The position numbers were made by a program, and so were the translations under genes. 64,000 nt of DNA from Schmidtea polychroa (Eukaryota). Below, one piece after another: positions 14,941 to 27,200 of this stretch. The notes beneath the pieces are model-generated. The model was not told where the DNA came from. It worked only from the letters and a program-made list of their open reading frames with translations, and ran no database searches. The stretch lies in NCBI GenBank assembly GCA_044892525.1, contig CM097885.1, positions 21,516,001 to 21,580,000 on the forward strand, given 5' to 3'. Position 1 is the first letter of the stretch; each line of letters opens with the position of its first letter.

Positions 14941-15821
14941 TACTAGGAAAGCAAAAAATCAATTATTGATTTTTTCCCCATATCTAGATTTGGAGTCAAT
15001 TCTTTTGCCCAATAAAAACGTTCCTAACTGAAAATCTATATTTAGCAACACCCCCCCCCCCAGAGAAACCTTAAGGAAAAATTCAAGACGGGGCTATGAC
15101 AATCAAGAGTTTCCAGGAGATGGTGAGGATGACTCCGGCGAACCATGCAATTGAATAAATAAGCCATAATTCGCAGAGATTTACCTACATACAGAATACA
15201 AATATTCCCGAAAAATTTCCAATTTTCGGCGAGGGACAAATTGCGGGTCCAAATCAAATATTGGGCATGAAATGTCATTCCCTGGGAAGAACTATGGGAA
15301 GACTACTCCAAGCTAATATATTCCCCTTACTCGATCGAGGTTCCTAATGTTATCGCCTAAAAATTAAGGAAGTAAAAAAATCAAATAAATTACTTGCATG
15401 TAGAGCAAACCACTCATAACGAGCACAACCGAAGGAAAGGTAAGCAGACGAAGAGCTTAGTTCGTTGCTAGTACCTGTCGCCCCAGCGTGCCCGAATTTA
15501 GTGGCCTAAAAATGACGATCTAAAAAAATTCACATTTTATTAACATATAAATTAAAATTTATAAATAGTAATTAAAATTGCCACTCGGTGGTAAGCAGGA
15601 TTTTGAATGGAAATGATTGATTTAAACAAACGAATTTTGACGAAATTTTTTTTTTGTGTTTGTTTTGATAAAGTAGGAAATCTTATTCCACTGCTCCTAA
15701 GCTTATAGATGTTAGTCTTAAAATAAAATATTTTTTTAAAAGGGAAAAAGGGTCAACAAAATCTTGTGGTTGACGTCGTATCTCAATCAGCATAGAGGGG
15801 CTTGATTATTATTTTGTAGAA

Positions 15822-16187
15822 ATGTCCTACTCTGACAGCGATAGCCACGAAGAAGCCGACCGACAGATGCTTACCAGACTCCGTACACGGTACATATGGC
15901 ACCGTATCCATGATTGGAATCGGGGTTTGGACCTCGACAACTTTGGCCCAGTAATCAGGAGTGGGCCGGAGCCGGACGCTCCGGCGTGGGTAAAAACAGA
16001 GCCCACAAACGATTTTTTGCAAGAGGCCCGCGACCGAGCGGCCATCGAGGTAGAAGCAGCTCAGATGCGACTCAAGAAGATCGAGCTACAAATCCAAGCA
16101 GAAAAAGAGGGAAAAACCGTGGAGGACCTAGAAGAGGCCGAGGCAACCCCGCGGAAGAGGGGAAGGCCTCGCAAGCGACTGAACTGA
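15822..16187 (+). CDS. LTR-encoded 121-aa protein with a C-terminal AT-hook
   Basis: GC-richer ORF within the AT-rich LTR, ending PRKRGRPRKR (RGRP AT-hook core) after a short coiled coil; preceded by ttttgtag. Confidence 0.7.
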   Translation: MSYSDSDSHEEADRQMLTRLRTRYIWHRIHDWNRGLDLDNFGPVIRSGPEPDAPAWVKTEPTNDFLQEARDRAAIEVEAAQMRLKKIELQIQAEKEGKTVEDLEEAEATPRKRGRPRKRLN

Positions 16188-16396
16188 CTCGTCGTCAAAA
16201 TTTTGTTTTTGCAAATTAACATTCAGTTGCGATTTTATTAAACTTTGATTTTAGTGATAATTATTTCAGTCCTTTTAATAAATCATCTTGTGTATTGCGT
16301 GCTTAACATCCGAAACTATGTTTATTTATAATATTGATTTTATTTTATAATTGAATGAATAGTATGCTGCAAGAATATAATCGTTGAATTTATCTA

Positions 16397-16867
16397 GTGT
16401 TCAGACTATTGGAAAATCTGCGAAGAGATAGGGCAGAAGCTCAAAAACAGTCCGAGGAGCTCCGCATACGAGTAGACAAGCTCAAGGGACGGTGCCGGGA
16501 ACTAGAAAGCACCTGGTTTAGTCCCGAGGATATGAAAAAGAAGGTGGCGCAGGTCCTTCAACTGCAGTCTCAAGCCGCGCAGGATCAGATGGAGATCCGG
16601 GCACTGAAGCTCCAGCTCCGCGCGCTAGAAACCGAGCGAAATGAACAAGTAGTTCACGGAGCCGCCATAAGCCAAATCCGGCCGTTGACCGTGGAACTAG
16701 CAGCAATATACCCCCCGGCCGCGAAAGAGAAACCCAAAAGAAAGCGGTTAGGCCGAAATATTCGGGAAAAATTGAAGAAAGCTAGACTGGCCGAATACGA
16801 GCGACAAGCAAATTCGTCACTAGCAGCTGCGACGGAATTGGCCAGTCCTACCAATAAGCCTGTTTGA
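16397..16867 (+). CDS. LTR-encoded coiled-coil protein with a basic NLS-like patch (start uncertain)
   Basis: Heptad-rich helix and KPKRKRLGR; opens at an acceptor-like tctag and has no early ATG. Confidence 0.6.
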   Translation: MFRLLENLRRDRAEAQKQSEELRIRVDKLKGRCRELESTWFSPEDMKKKVAQVLQLQSQAAQDQMEIRALKLQLRALETERNEQVVHGAAISQIRPLTVELAAIYPPAAKEKPKRKRLGRNIREKLKKARLAEYERQANSSLAAATELASPTNKPV

Positions 16868-17272
16868 ACTTATATTCGGTTTTAGGCGTTTGTAGTATTT
16901 TTATGTATTGTGGTAGTCTTCAAATAATATGTTCCTTGTTAACATACTGCACGTTTTGTAGGGATAAAATAATGACTAGTACAGTTTATGATTGTCTGGG
17001 AAATGAGAGTTTGTGCATAAGATTGGGAAAACAATTTTGATAAAGGGACCTGAGAAATCGGACACACACCTCCTATCGGTAGTCCGTGAACCCACGGAGT
17101 ACTCGACAACTATAATGCTTTGATGCGCTCACTTTTTGCGAGTACTCAACCCTTGGTACAGTACCAACGTTGATCACTCAACGGGTACCAAGCGGAAAAA
17201 CAATGTTGTATTTTGGGTTACGCTGGTAACAGCACTCAATCATTCAACCACCAGTAACCCACCATACAAATT

Positions 17273-17290
17273 TGGGGGCTCAGCCGGGAT
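17273..17290 (+). promoter_or_regulatory. Primer-binding site complementary to the tRNA-Pro 3' end
   Basis: TGGGGGCTCAGCCGGGAT matches 16/18 of the classical tRNA-Pro PBS TGGGGGCTCGTCCGGGAT; it lies 8 nt downstream of the 5' LTR. Confidence 0.9.
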
Positions 17291-17989
17291 CTTGAAAATT
17301 TAATTGGTGAAAGAACCCGAGAATAGATATAATAGAGAGAGTAAAAGCGGATATAAAGTGATATGCATTCAAGACCGAGCAAGTTGTTTTCCCAAGCGCT
17401 TAAACTTAGTATATGGATATGCGAATATGATAAAATGTATGTAGAATGTCTAAATGAGTGATGGAAGTTTTAAAGTATGACGACATATGAATGTATTGAA
17501 AGTGGGTATGAGAATGCTGTACGAATAACTTAGTAATAGAATGAATGAGGATAAACGAAAATTAAAACGAAAACAAATTATAATAAAATTGTAGATAGCA
17601 ACGATTAATAAAATGTAAATATAAGGAAATAATAAAAATTTAAAAATAGGGAAAAGGGGGGATAGCACGCTAATAAAGATAGAACAAATAAACAATGAAA
17701 TTAAACTTAATCAGAAAACGTGTAAAATATGGCGATAAGGAATGGGATATGGGTTATATATAATTAAAACGATTGTAATAAAATCACAAGATCATGAAAG
17801 AAATGTGCGCGGAATAGAGCATTAAACAGAGGGAGACGGGGTTGTTAAGGGTAATAAGTAGAATGTAAAGGTTTATCGAAGCACTAATAAAATAAAGTAT
17901 TCTGGATATTAGGGGGAAAAACGATAAAGGGGGAAAAATGACGCGGAATATTAATAAAAAGAGAACCTTAATTAATAAATCTTACTTAG

Positions 17990-18472
17990 ATGGAATCAAC
18001 CGGCTACATTACAAAGAGACTCGGAAAATTCGTAGATTTAACACACAATTCGTTACAACGGCTAAATCGCAAAGCGGACCAGTTAATAAAAATCCAAGAT
18101 GAGATGAGCTTGAATCCAAGACCGCAAGCTGAGGAAATATGTATAATGATGAAAATAGCGACACCTAATGCAGAATTGACCACTAAAAGAGTTTATCAAC
18201 TTCAAAATTTACGATTAGATAATGCCAAATTTAACATCAAATGGCAGGAGATAATGATAAAAATGGAAACGATCGAGGAAGAAATTAAAGAAGCAATCGA
18301 ACATCAAGTTAAAGATTTTAGAAAATGCTTCATATGCAGAACCAATGAAATACGAGTAATGACGATTCCATGTGGTCATTTATGCTACTGCGAGAATTGC
18401 GCAGAGAAAATTAAACGATGCAACGTATGCGATACGAATGTTAGAGAGAAAATTGTAATATACCTCCCATAA
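17990..18472 (+). CDS. Coiled-coil plus C-terminal IAP-type C3HC4 RING protein (putative E3 ligase)
   Basis: CFIC...PCGHLCYCENC...CNVC at the C-terminus. Confidence 0.88.
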   Translation: MESTGYITKRLGKFVDLTHNSLQRLNRKADQLIKIQDEMSLNPRPQAEEICIMMKIATPNAELTTKRVYQLQNLRLDNAKFNIKWQEIMIKMETIEEEIKEAIEHQVKDFRKCFICRTNEIRVMTIPCGHLCYCENCAEKIKRCNVCDTNVREKIVIYLP

Positions 18473-19199
18473 GGAGATGTTGTCAAATAAATTTCTTGTG
18501 AATGAATATGAAGTGATAAAATTAGTAAATTATATTAAAAATCCATTATAGCAACCGAAAGGTGTAAAACATACGATGAACATAGACATATAAAGGACAC
18601 AAAATACGTTAAATAAATAGACAAGCAACACAGCAATTAGAACTAAAATCAAAGTTGAGTGCAGGACTGATCATAGTCGTATGAATGAGCTGATCGCTAA
18701 GATCAGTACGATTTTTATTTCCAATTTTCTTTTCTTCCTGTTTGTTATTTTGGCATAAAGAGATACGATAATGAGGGGATGACAAGTGAATCGTCCTTAC
18801 GACACTTGCCCGGATGGGGAAATCCTGATCACCCTGATGAGAGAATGTAGTAGGATCCATCGCAAATGTTGGGGAGTTTCTGTCCAGTGACTGATCACCA
18901 CTTGTGGGAAACGAACCAACGCGATTATTATATTTTTTTGTCTGGGAGACGGGGACTAACTAAAAGGGTGAATAAAAATAGAAAAATAAAATAAAAATTG
19001 AAAAACGCGCGCTAAATGTTAAAAATTTAATCCGAGAGCAGCTGCGGATTTGAAGAAACCGTTTTTGGACTTCAAATCAGATGAGAATAATGATTTTTCC
19101 CTAGCGAGTGATGAGGCACCCGAGTACAGCGGCTAACCACCGGACTGTAGTGTCCAGGAGATTATCGGTCAAGGGACTGATGATGCTGGATCACCCAAT

Positions 19200-19760
19200 A
19201 CAAAAACCCGGATGCCACACCGAGTATTGGGCGCACTTTTTTGAGTTGCTAGCGGGACTTGATACAAAAACCCGGAAGGGTAGCGAGCGAGAGAGACCCA
19301 GTTACCTACACCGAGTATCAAGGAGCCCAGTGAAACGGTTGTGAGATGCGAGTCAACCGGTAAAGGACTCATACTCAACAGGCAACCAAGATTGGACCAG
19401 TTGTGAGGCGGGAGACCGAGAGTCAACTGCATACCCAATTTCCTTTTAGCTTCACTAGTCGGGAGATCTGGTTCATCACTTTTGAGAATCACGATCAAGG
19501 CGATTAGGCATTTCCGTGTTTTTTAAATCCTGATAGATAGGATGTTTTTCTTCGTGATTATTGCTAGCAGGGGTCGGTACAAAACCCGGATGCCCACACC
19601 GAGTACCGATAGGCCCAGTGAAACGGCGATGAGATTAGAGTTACCGGTATTAGACTCTTTTCAATAAGCGGCCAAGAATTGAGCCAGTTGTGAGGCCTCA
19701 GCAGATTAAGAGTTGGAGTAGGAGGAGCCTCGAATTTTTGATTAGCCCGAAAGTCAACTG
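19200..19760 (+). repeat. Diverged direct duplication in the non-coding leader
   Basis: tacaaaa(a)cccggatgcc(c)acaccgagta and gcccagtgaaacgg...accggta...gactc occur at ~19200-19430 and again at ~19578-19760. Confidence 0.7.
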
Positions 19761-19879
19761 TCAACTCAATTTAATCGCGGTAGGGACGATAGTAGGTGTT
19801 AAAACCGAAGGCGTCTGGGGGTTGAAGAAACCTCATTTAGGGCATTTGAAACCGGTCAGGGACCGAAGACCGCGAATAC

Positions 19880-20190
19880 GGCGTAATGGTGTAAAAGCCC
19901 AGGCGTCTAGGAGTCGTAAAAGACTTCAATTTTGATTAAACCGGCCGGAAGCCGATGCCGACGCGGAGGTCTAACAAACCAAAGCGTTGATGGGTAATAG
20001 TAGAGTATATGGCGTAATGGTGTAAAAGCCCAGGCGTCTAGGAGTCGTAAAAGACTTCAATTTTGATTAAACCGGCCGGAAGCCGATGCCGACGCGGAGG
20101 TCTAACAAACCAAAGCGTTGATGGGTAATAGTAGATTATATGGCGTAATGGTGTAAAAGCCCAGGCGTCTAGGAGTCGTAAAAGACTTCA
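19880..20190 (+). repeat. 131-bp tandem repeat, ~2.4 near-perfect copies
   Basis: ggcgtaatggtgtaaaagcccaggcgtctagg starts at 19880, 20011 and 20142. Confidence 0.92.
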
Positions 20191-21281
20191 TGAGATTAAA
20201 ATGAGTTGATTAAACCGGCCAAGGAGCCGATGGTAATTGAGTGAAATGATTTAAATGAAAATAAAGGAGTTGAACAAACCGGCCAGAGAGCCGATGGTAA
20301 ATAAAGGTGGATGTAGAGGTCGCGCGAACCAAAGCATCAATGATTAACTATGAAATTGATTAAACTGAAATAGATTAAGTGCGATAAATATGTAATGAGT
20401 AGAGGAGAATTATGATAAAGCGCCGGCGCAAGCGAAAATTAAACCAGTTTTTGGATGGGGAAAAGCGAACGAATAGATAGTAGTTGAATTATTGAATTTT
20501 ATTTATTAATGATATGTTTATTTTGATATTTATGTGATTAATATTATATTTCTATGATAATAATAAAAGGGATAGATAATTGATACGACTATATAGATAA
20601 TTGATACGAGTTATAGATAATTTAAAATTAACTTAAAATCAAAATGGGGCGAATAGCGAGAAGTGTAGAAAAGCTAGAAAATTTGAAGCGAAGGGACAGT
20701 AAAATAAAGGGAAAAAGGAAAGTAAATGAAGGGTTTAATAAAGAGAATTTATGATATGTACTAGAGGTGTTAATTATTTTAGAATAAAGCAAACAATTCA
20801 GAAAGAAATCAAAGAAATCAAGAAAGCAATAGAAATCAAGAGATATAGAGAAATCAATTAGAAGCGAAGAATCAAGGAAATTAATAAAACCAAATCCAAG
20901 AAGAGTTAGAGAATCGTAAAGATTAAAGCGAGAAAAATACTTAGAAAACATCGAGCTCGATTGACAAAGTAGAAAATTTATCAAAGGATATTAAAAGGAG
21001 GAAAAATTGATAGCATAGCTAACCGAACGAGGCGAAAAAGTAAAGGAAACCTCAGTTTATTGGAAAAGGAAGAGATACAAAAGGCCAAGACCAACAGAAA
21101 ACTACACAGGAAGCCAGCATCAGTAGAAACAGTATTTGAATCAGACAGTTTAACAAACGAATTTGAGAACAGCGACGATCTTAAACGAACCGAACTAGAT
21201 CCGATAAGTGACATTGAATCATCAGACGAGGAAGGAAATAGTTCAGAGTCAACCAATATAACAATTTTGTGTCAAGAAATA

Positions 21282-24200
21282 ATGACAGACGGAATTCCAA
21301 ATGTAACAGGGCTAACGGACCCACCGGAAACAAGTAATGTGCACGTCAACATTGGAGAATTCAGAGAGAAATTTCGAGGAGAGCCATTCGATGGAAATAT
21401 AAACCAGCTGGAAACGTTTATAAAGGAATTCGAAGTATACATTACGATATGTCACTGGCCAGACATAGTCGTACGAGAACGAATACCCCTATATCTAAAG
21501 GGAAGCGCCCAAGATGTATACTTGGAGGCGAAATGTGATGCAACTAAGTTGAGAACGTGGAAAGAGATCAAAGAATTTTTAATAAAAACATTCGGTACCG
21601 AAAAAGAGGGAAATCGAAAAATGTTAGACTTTCTGCATCGAAAGCAGAAATATAACGAATCCAACGCACTGTACGCATGCGAATTGAGACGACTAGCACG
21701 AGAAGCCTTCGATTCAAATCAACCAGTTCCGGAAGACAAAATAATAGCCGTATTCGTAGATGGCATGAAACGAGAGGATATACGAGCAACCTTGGGATGC
21801 CGAGCACCAGAGACGCTGGAAGAAGCACTAAAAATCGCTAACAAATGTGAAACCTACTTAACACCAATACAAGTAGCAGCAATGACAGCAGCTCCAGCAG
21901 CTCCAGCGGCAACAGCAACAACCACAAACAACCAAGTCAATAATGCAAATCCAGTAATGAATCAATTCATCCCAGGATCGCAACAGTTGTTCAAAACTCC
22001 ACAAACAAGAAACCAAAACAATGGAGGTAATATTCAAAATTTTACTAATAATTTCAGGAACAACGACATCAACAATCGAACGTGCAACATATGCCAACGA
22101 CCAGGGCATTGGAGCAATGAATGTTATAAAGCAAGGATGTGTCAAAAGTGTGGGAGAAGAGGCCACACGGAAAATGTCTGCAGAGGACCCATGATGTCTA
22201 TGAGCAGAGGAGGAACCAGAACCTGCTACAATTGTAATCAGCCTGGACACATGGCAAGAGAATGCACGATGAGAACCAAACCAAATCAACCAGGATCAAA
22301 CAATCCAGTTCAGAACACACAAATCAACCTCATGCAGGAAATCGAACAATTAAAAGATATGATCCTGCGAATACCGACTAATAACCAACAACAACGAATC
22401 AACATGATGCAGAGCACCGAGGAAATCCGGAACCAACCAAGTAAGCAACAACAAGATCAGCAACGAGTCGAATGGCAAAGATTACAAAACGAGGAAGCCA
22501 GAGAAATTCAAGAAAGATGGAAACAACGGGAAGCGAATCCCGGAAGAATAAATATGATGAGATTAACAAATAAAGAGGAATCGCACACTGCGGAGCAGTG
22601 TGTTAACAACGACGGGAGTGAACCGATAATAAACAAGGAGATAAAAACGACAAAAGAAAATGAGATCGATCCACGAACAGAATTGAGCAGTGAAGAGAAA
22701 ATACAATTGATTAAAGAATTTACCAAAGAGGAGAAAGAAAGGAGACAAAAGAGAGATGAGAGTAAAGACGAACCAAAAAGCAATGAGATAGTTACAAAAA
22801 ATCGAATTCAGAGGGTACTACTACAAAAAATCGAAGACAGAATCAAAAACGAAAACCCTACATTAACTGAGGAACAAATAAAAGAAAAAGTGAAAGAGCA
22901 TTGGTTCAGGAAGAATGAGTGGTTTGAAAAGAAGGAACCACATACCAAAGCTAAAATAAACATGCTGAGACAAATGCGGAGCGATCAGACGGATCAGGAA
23001 GATGAGAAAAGTGAGGTGAGCAGCCTGGGAGGCGAATTATTTCAGTCAAGTGAGGAAAATAACGAACCGAAAACACCTCCAAACAGTGAAACACCTCAAA
23101 GTAGTGAGGAGAGTGAAAATGATGACATGAAATCAATGATAGAAAAAGATGAAGAAGAGATATTCGAGGAAATTCTCGACACAGTAACAGAAATAGAGCG
23201 AAATGAGAGCTACATCAACGAGTTAACATACAGAAAATGCTTAAAACTTATAACTCAAGTATACCAGTGTGAAGGAGGTATAATAACGGCAGCATGGAAA
23301 GATTTAGCAACAAAATATAAAGAGAAACTAAAGGAAGCAGGCCCAGATCAATATCAAGTAAGCATTCAACACCCCGAGATTCAGATACAGACTATCGAAT
23401 TAAAAGGAACAAATACCGATGAACTGTACAACTGGGTACAGGAAAAAATGGGAACGAGCCATAAAAATAAACAATTATATGTCGATGGTTACAAAGTTAA
23501 AATAGGCATACATTTGGTAGATGCGATGATATGGCCAAACGAAACTAACATCTTAACCTTAGAGAAAACCAGGGATGACGACTCGGTAGCAGAGATGTTC
23601 AAGAAAATCCAACAAGTGTTTAACAATGAAGTAGAACCAGAATTGGAAAAGATCGAACGAAAAATAATGAAAGAAAATCAAATAATCTTAGTCAAACAAG
23701 CTATCGATCAGACAAGGAAATACATTAATAGATTGAGAGAAAGATGGCCACAACTAATGAAACAATTTGTTAAAGACGTACGAGACACGGAAATTATGAG
23801 ATTCGAAGACAAACGAGCGACAGAATTGATATCTAAATACGGAGAATACGAGAGAACCAAATGCGAGCATGAAACGATAAAAATAAAGGTGAAGTTGCCA
23901 AATGAAGAGAAACAAATAATAGAAGTTAATCCCGATTGCCAAGTTGACGAGTTAGTGCAAATCATAGATCAAGAGATCATCCAAAAAGCTCGAGAAAATA
24001 GTGAGGATGGAATGATCGAAGATGTGATAATAATGTACAACCGGCACATGCTAGAAAGAGGAGACCGAACTGTAATTTACGAACTAGGAATCTGGGAAAA
24101 TGGAGCCGTCATCAATATAATCGCGATGGATGAACCATCTGGTGGGCATAAAAACGCCACGAAAACCGAGCAACAAATTAAAAGATTCCAATGGGGAATG

Positions 24201-27200
24201 AGGGCAAAGATGGATCGAATAATAGATATTTATAACCATTGGCTAAAGGATGATAAACTAAAACTAGCAGCCTTCAATGACGAAGATTGCAAACTGATAC
24301 CATGGAAAAAAGTGTGGATCGAAAGTGAAGCTCGATGGGATTGGGAGCAGCAAAAGTTGGAACCAAATTGGATAGATAATATACCCGAAGAGATCGCAGC
24401 AGCATGGGTAAGAGAGAAACCGATCGATACTTACCAGGATATATTACCACAAGAATTCCAAAATGAATTACCATCAGGAGAAGATGAGGAGATACGAGAA
24501 CCGGTAAGGTTAGCACCATTCACGTGGAAAATTGAGAATTGGATGGAAAAGATAAAATCAGCAAAGGAAGAGAAAATCACACGATTAGTAAGTCCACCGT
24601 TCTACTCAGGATTAGGTGAGTACAAGATGAAATTGCGAATATACCCGAACGGAGACGGGATAGGTAAAGGAAGTTATGTGTCGGCATTCTTCGTCATCTG
24701 CAAAGGAAATTATGACGACAAGGTACCATGGCCGTTTAACAGAAAAGTGACGATAGCAATCGAACCATTGAAAGATAGCCTTAACAGGCATAAAGAAACA
24801 TTGAAACCAGATCCAAGGAGCGCCTGCTATCAACGACCAACAACATCAGAAAATATCGCTTCTGGGACACCTAAATTAATACGTCTAAGTTACATTGAGA
24901 ATGAGCAGTCAAAATTTGTGAAAAACAATGCTATCCAGATCAGAGTAGAAGTTGAAACAGAACAAGAAATGAACCAACGACTGAACATACCAGAAAATCA
25001 ACCGAGAATCTGTATGATGAGGAGAAGAGTGTCTGATTCAGGACATCTACCAATAGACGCCGACGCAGATGAGGAAGAAGCAGCAACATTGTTGGAAGCA
25101 CAAAAATGTAAGGAGTTGATGGAGATATTACAAAACGGGGCGAAAAATCGTCGACGAGCGGTGGTAGAACTAGCAAAATGGATAGCCGAATCATGCAAAA
25201 GGATTCAAAATCTACGAAAGATCGTTAAAGCGATTGAAGAATATCGACGGGTATACGTATGGTACCCTGAACAATTTGGTGAAATCATCCGGAAATGGAA
25301 ACAACAAGAGTGGGCCGAAAACTCACCTGAGAAATATCAATTAAAAATATTCATGCCAGATTGTGAACCAATGGAAAAGGAATTCTATACGACAGCTAAA
25401 GTCAGAGAAGTTAAAAAGAGAATACCTTATGAACTCCCATTCCACTTACAACACGAGGGACGATCATTAGACGACGATATTGAGATTGGTGTGACACCAC
25501 TCCAAGGAGAAATTGTGAACAGATTAACGGTGAGTAAAATTGCAGGTAGAGAGCTAAGGAGAAGAGAGATAAAGCAAAAATCATCCACCCAACAGCCAGG
25601 AAGTTTGGACACACCAGAAGTTCCAAATGCGGTTAGTGAAGTGACGATCGAAACAACGGGAGAAGACGAAATACTGGATGAATTACAAGAGATAGTAGAA
25701 GCAGGCGAGATTATGAGAGCATCGCAATCAGGAGATCTATTTATCGACGAAGGTGAACTGACAACTGATGATTTAGATGGATTTGTATGCGCGCAGAGAC
25801 AACCAGTGGAAACGACGGAAGCCGAGACGGATTTAGATAACGTGGAAAGAGATGCCAATAAAGATGTAACCACAACCGATGAATGGAGCAACTGGAGAGT
25901 AGATCCAGGAGCGACCACGTCAAAAGATACAACTTACAATCCGCCAAAACGGAAAGAAACCGGAACAGCTATGGATCGACGAACAAGAGGAAGACCAAAA
26001 ACAGATAAAGCAGAGATCGAACCAAAATCCAAAGTTCAGGCGCAAATGGAACAGGTAAAAACTAAAATGGATAAACTAAGTGCATTAGTAAAACAAGTTA
26101 AAGTGAAGACAAGCGTCCGAGAACAAGGGACACGATGGATAAATGACCTATTAGCCAACATGTTAGCATTAGCAAATCCAGATGTGAAAAGAGTAATGAG
26201 GAAGGATAATATCCCGACCGAAGCCAAACAATTATGGGCAGTATTGAAACCGATAATAATGAAAATCATGGATAATAAAATTCGATTAACGTTAAAAGAT
26301 CCCGTGGAACTCAGATTAATTGTGGAACATCTATTAAGCAGATCAGAGGACCAAAATCGATTTTTAGTGGGATTAGCATATTTAGTATATAACGTTATCG
26401 GTCAATATAAAAAACGAATGCCAAAATATAACGCAACGGGTTACGAATTCACAGTAACAGAAATAATTAAACGATCAATAGAACCATATATACTTGAACA
26501 AGGGGGATGGAGAAGCTTCATCGAATCAACTGGGAAGAAAGATCAAACGGAAATGATGCAAGCAAAGTTACGCGATTTGCTAACTGAATTCGAAGGAACA
26601 ATCAATATAAACGACCCAAGAGCAAGTCGAAAGGGAATGAATGCCATAATAACCACGATATTGATATGGATGATGTGTATCAAAGGAACGGAGTCATTTG
26701 CAGTATACGACTGCGACAACATAAAAATCCATGAGAAATATTCATTAAAGGATACGGAAGACTGTAAAGCGGCAAACCCAAGAAAATTACAAACAGTCAT
26801 GGCATCAGTCTCGTACAACGTATATCAAGAAGCAGATTTCATCAAAACTATGGTCCAAGAGTGTACGGTAACCAGAAAGATATTCGCACATCACTGCGGT
26901 TCATCCTCACACTCAACAATCATAGAACCAGGATTGGAATCGACAGTAATATTACTATCAAGAGAGGAATGCGAGGAAGGGTTCCGATCAGGGAGAATCC
27001 ACTTAAGGCAAGGGATTGAAATCGCTGCAGAACCAGGAAAAATAAAAACGACTCGCGTATATACGGCGGGCAGAATCACTAAAGGAGACGGAACATGTGA
27101 GACAGGAACATACACCTTGAACGGACAACTGGTTAGTGGAGTGGTCGTAATAGAAAGTTACGAAGCTAAATTGGAAAAGTATCAAGGCTACTTTGACCCT

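Larger units (their letters stand above)
12510..17264 (+). repeat. 5' LTR (4,755 bp)
   Basis: Starts tgttgggcta and ends taacccacca (8/10 inverted match); the identical ORF set repeats at +30306. Confidence 0.97.

Noticed and set aside
13317..15278. Short LTR ORFs 13317-13577, 14691-14927 and 15042-15278
   Set aside because: No motifs; a non-ATG start or low complexity; duplicated only because they lie in the LTR.
19880..20190. CRISPR array or tRNA/SINE (TGGCGTAATGG resembles a Pol III A box)
   Set aside because: The units are fully repeated with no unique spacers; I found no B box or cloverleaf.
21060..21281. TTG start giving a 4,762-aa protein
   Set aside because: The locus is eukaryotic; the first ATG at 21282 follows an acceptor-like AG and precedes the Gag domain. 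An upstream extension cannot be excluded.
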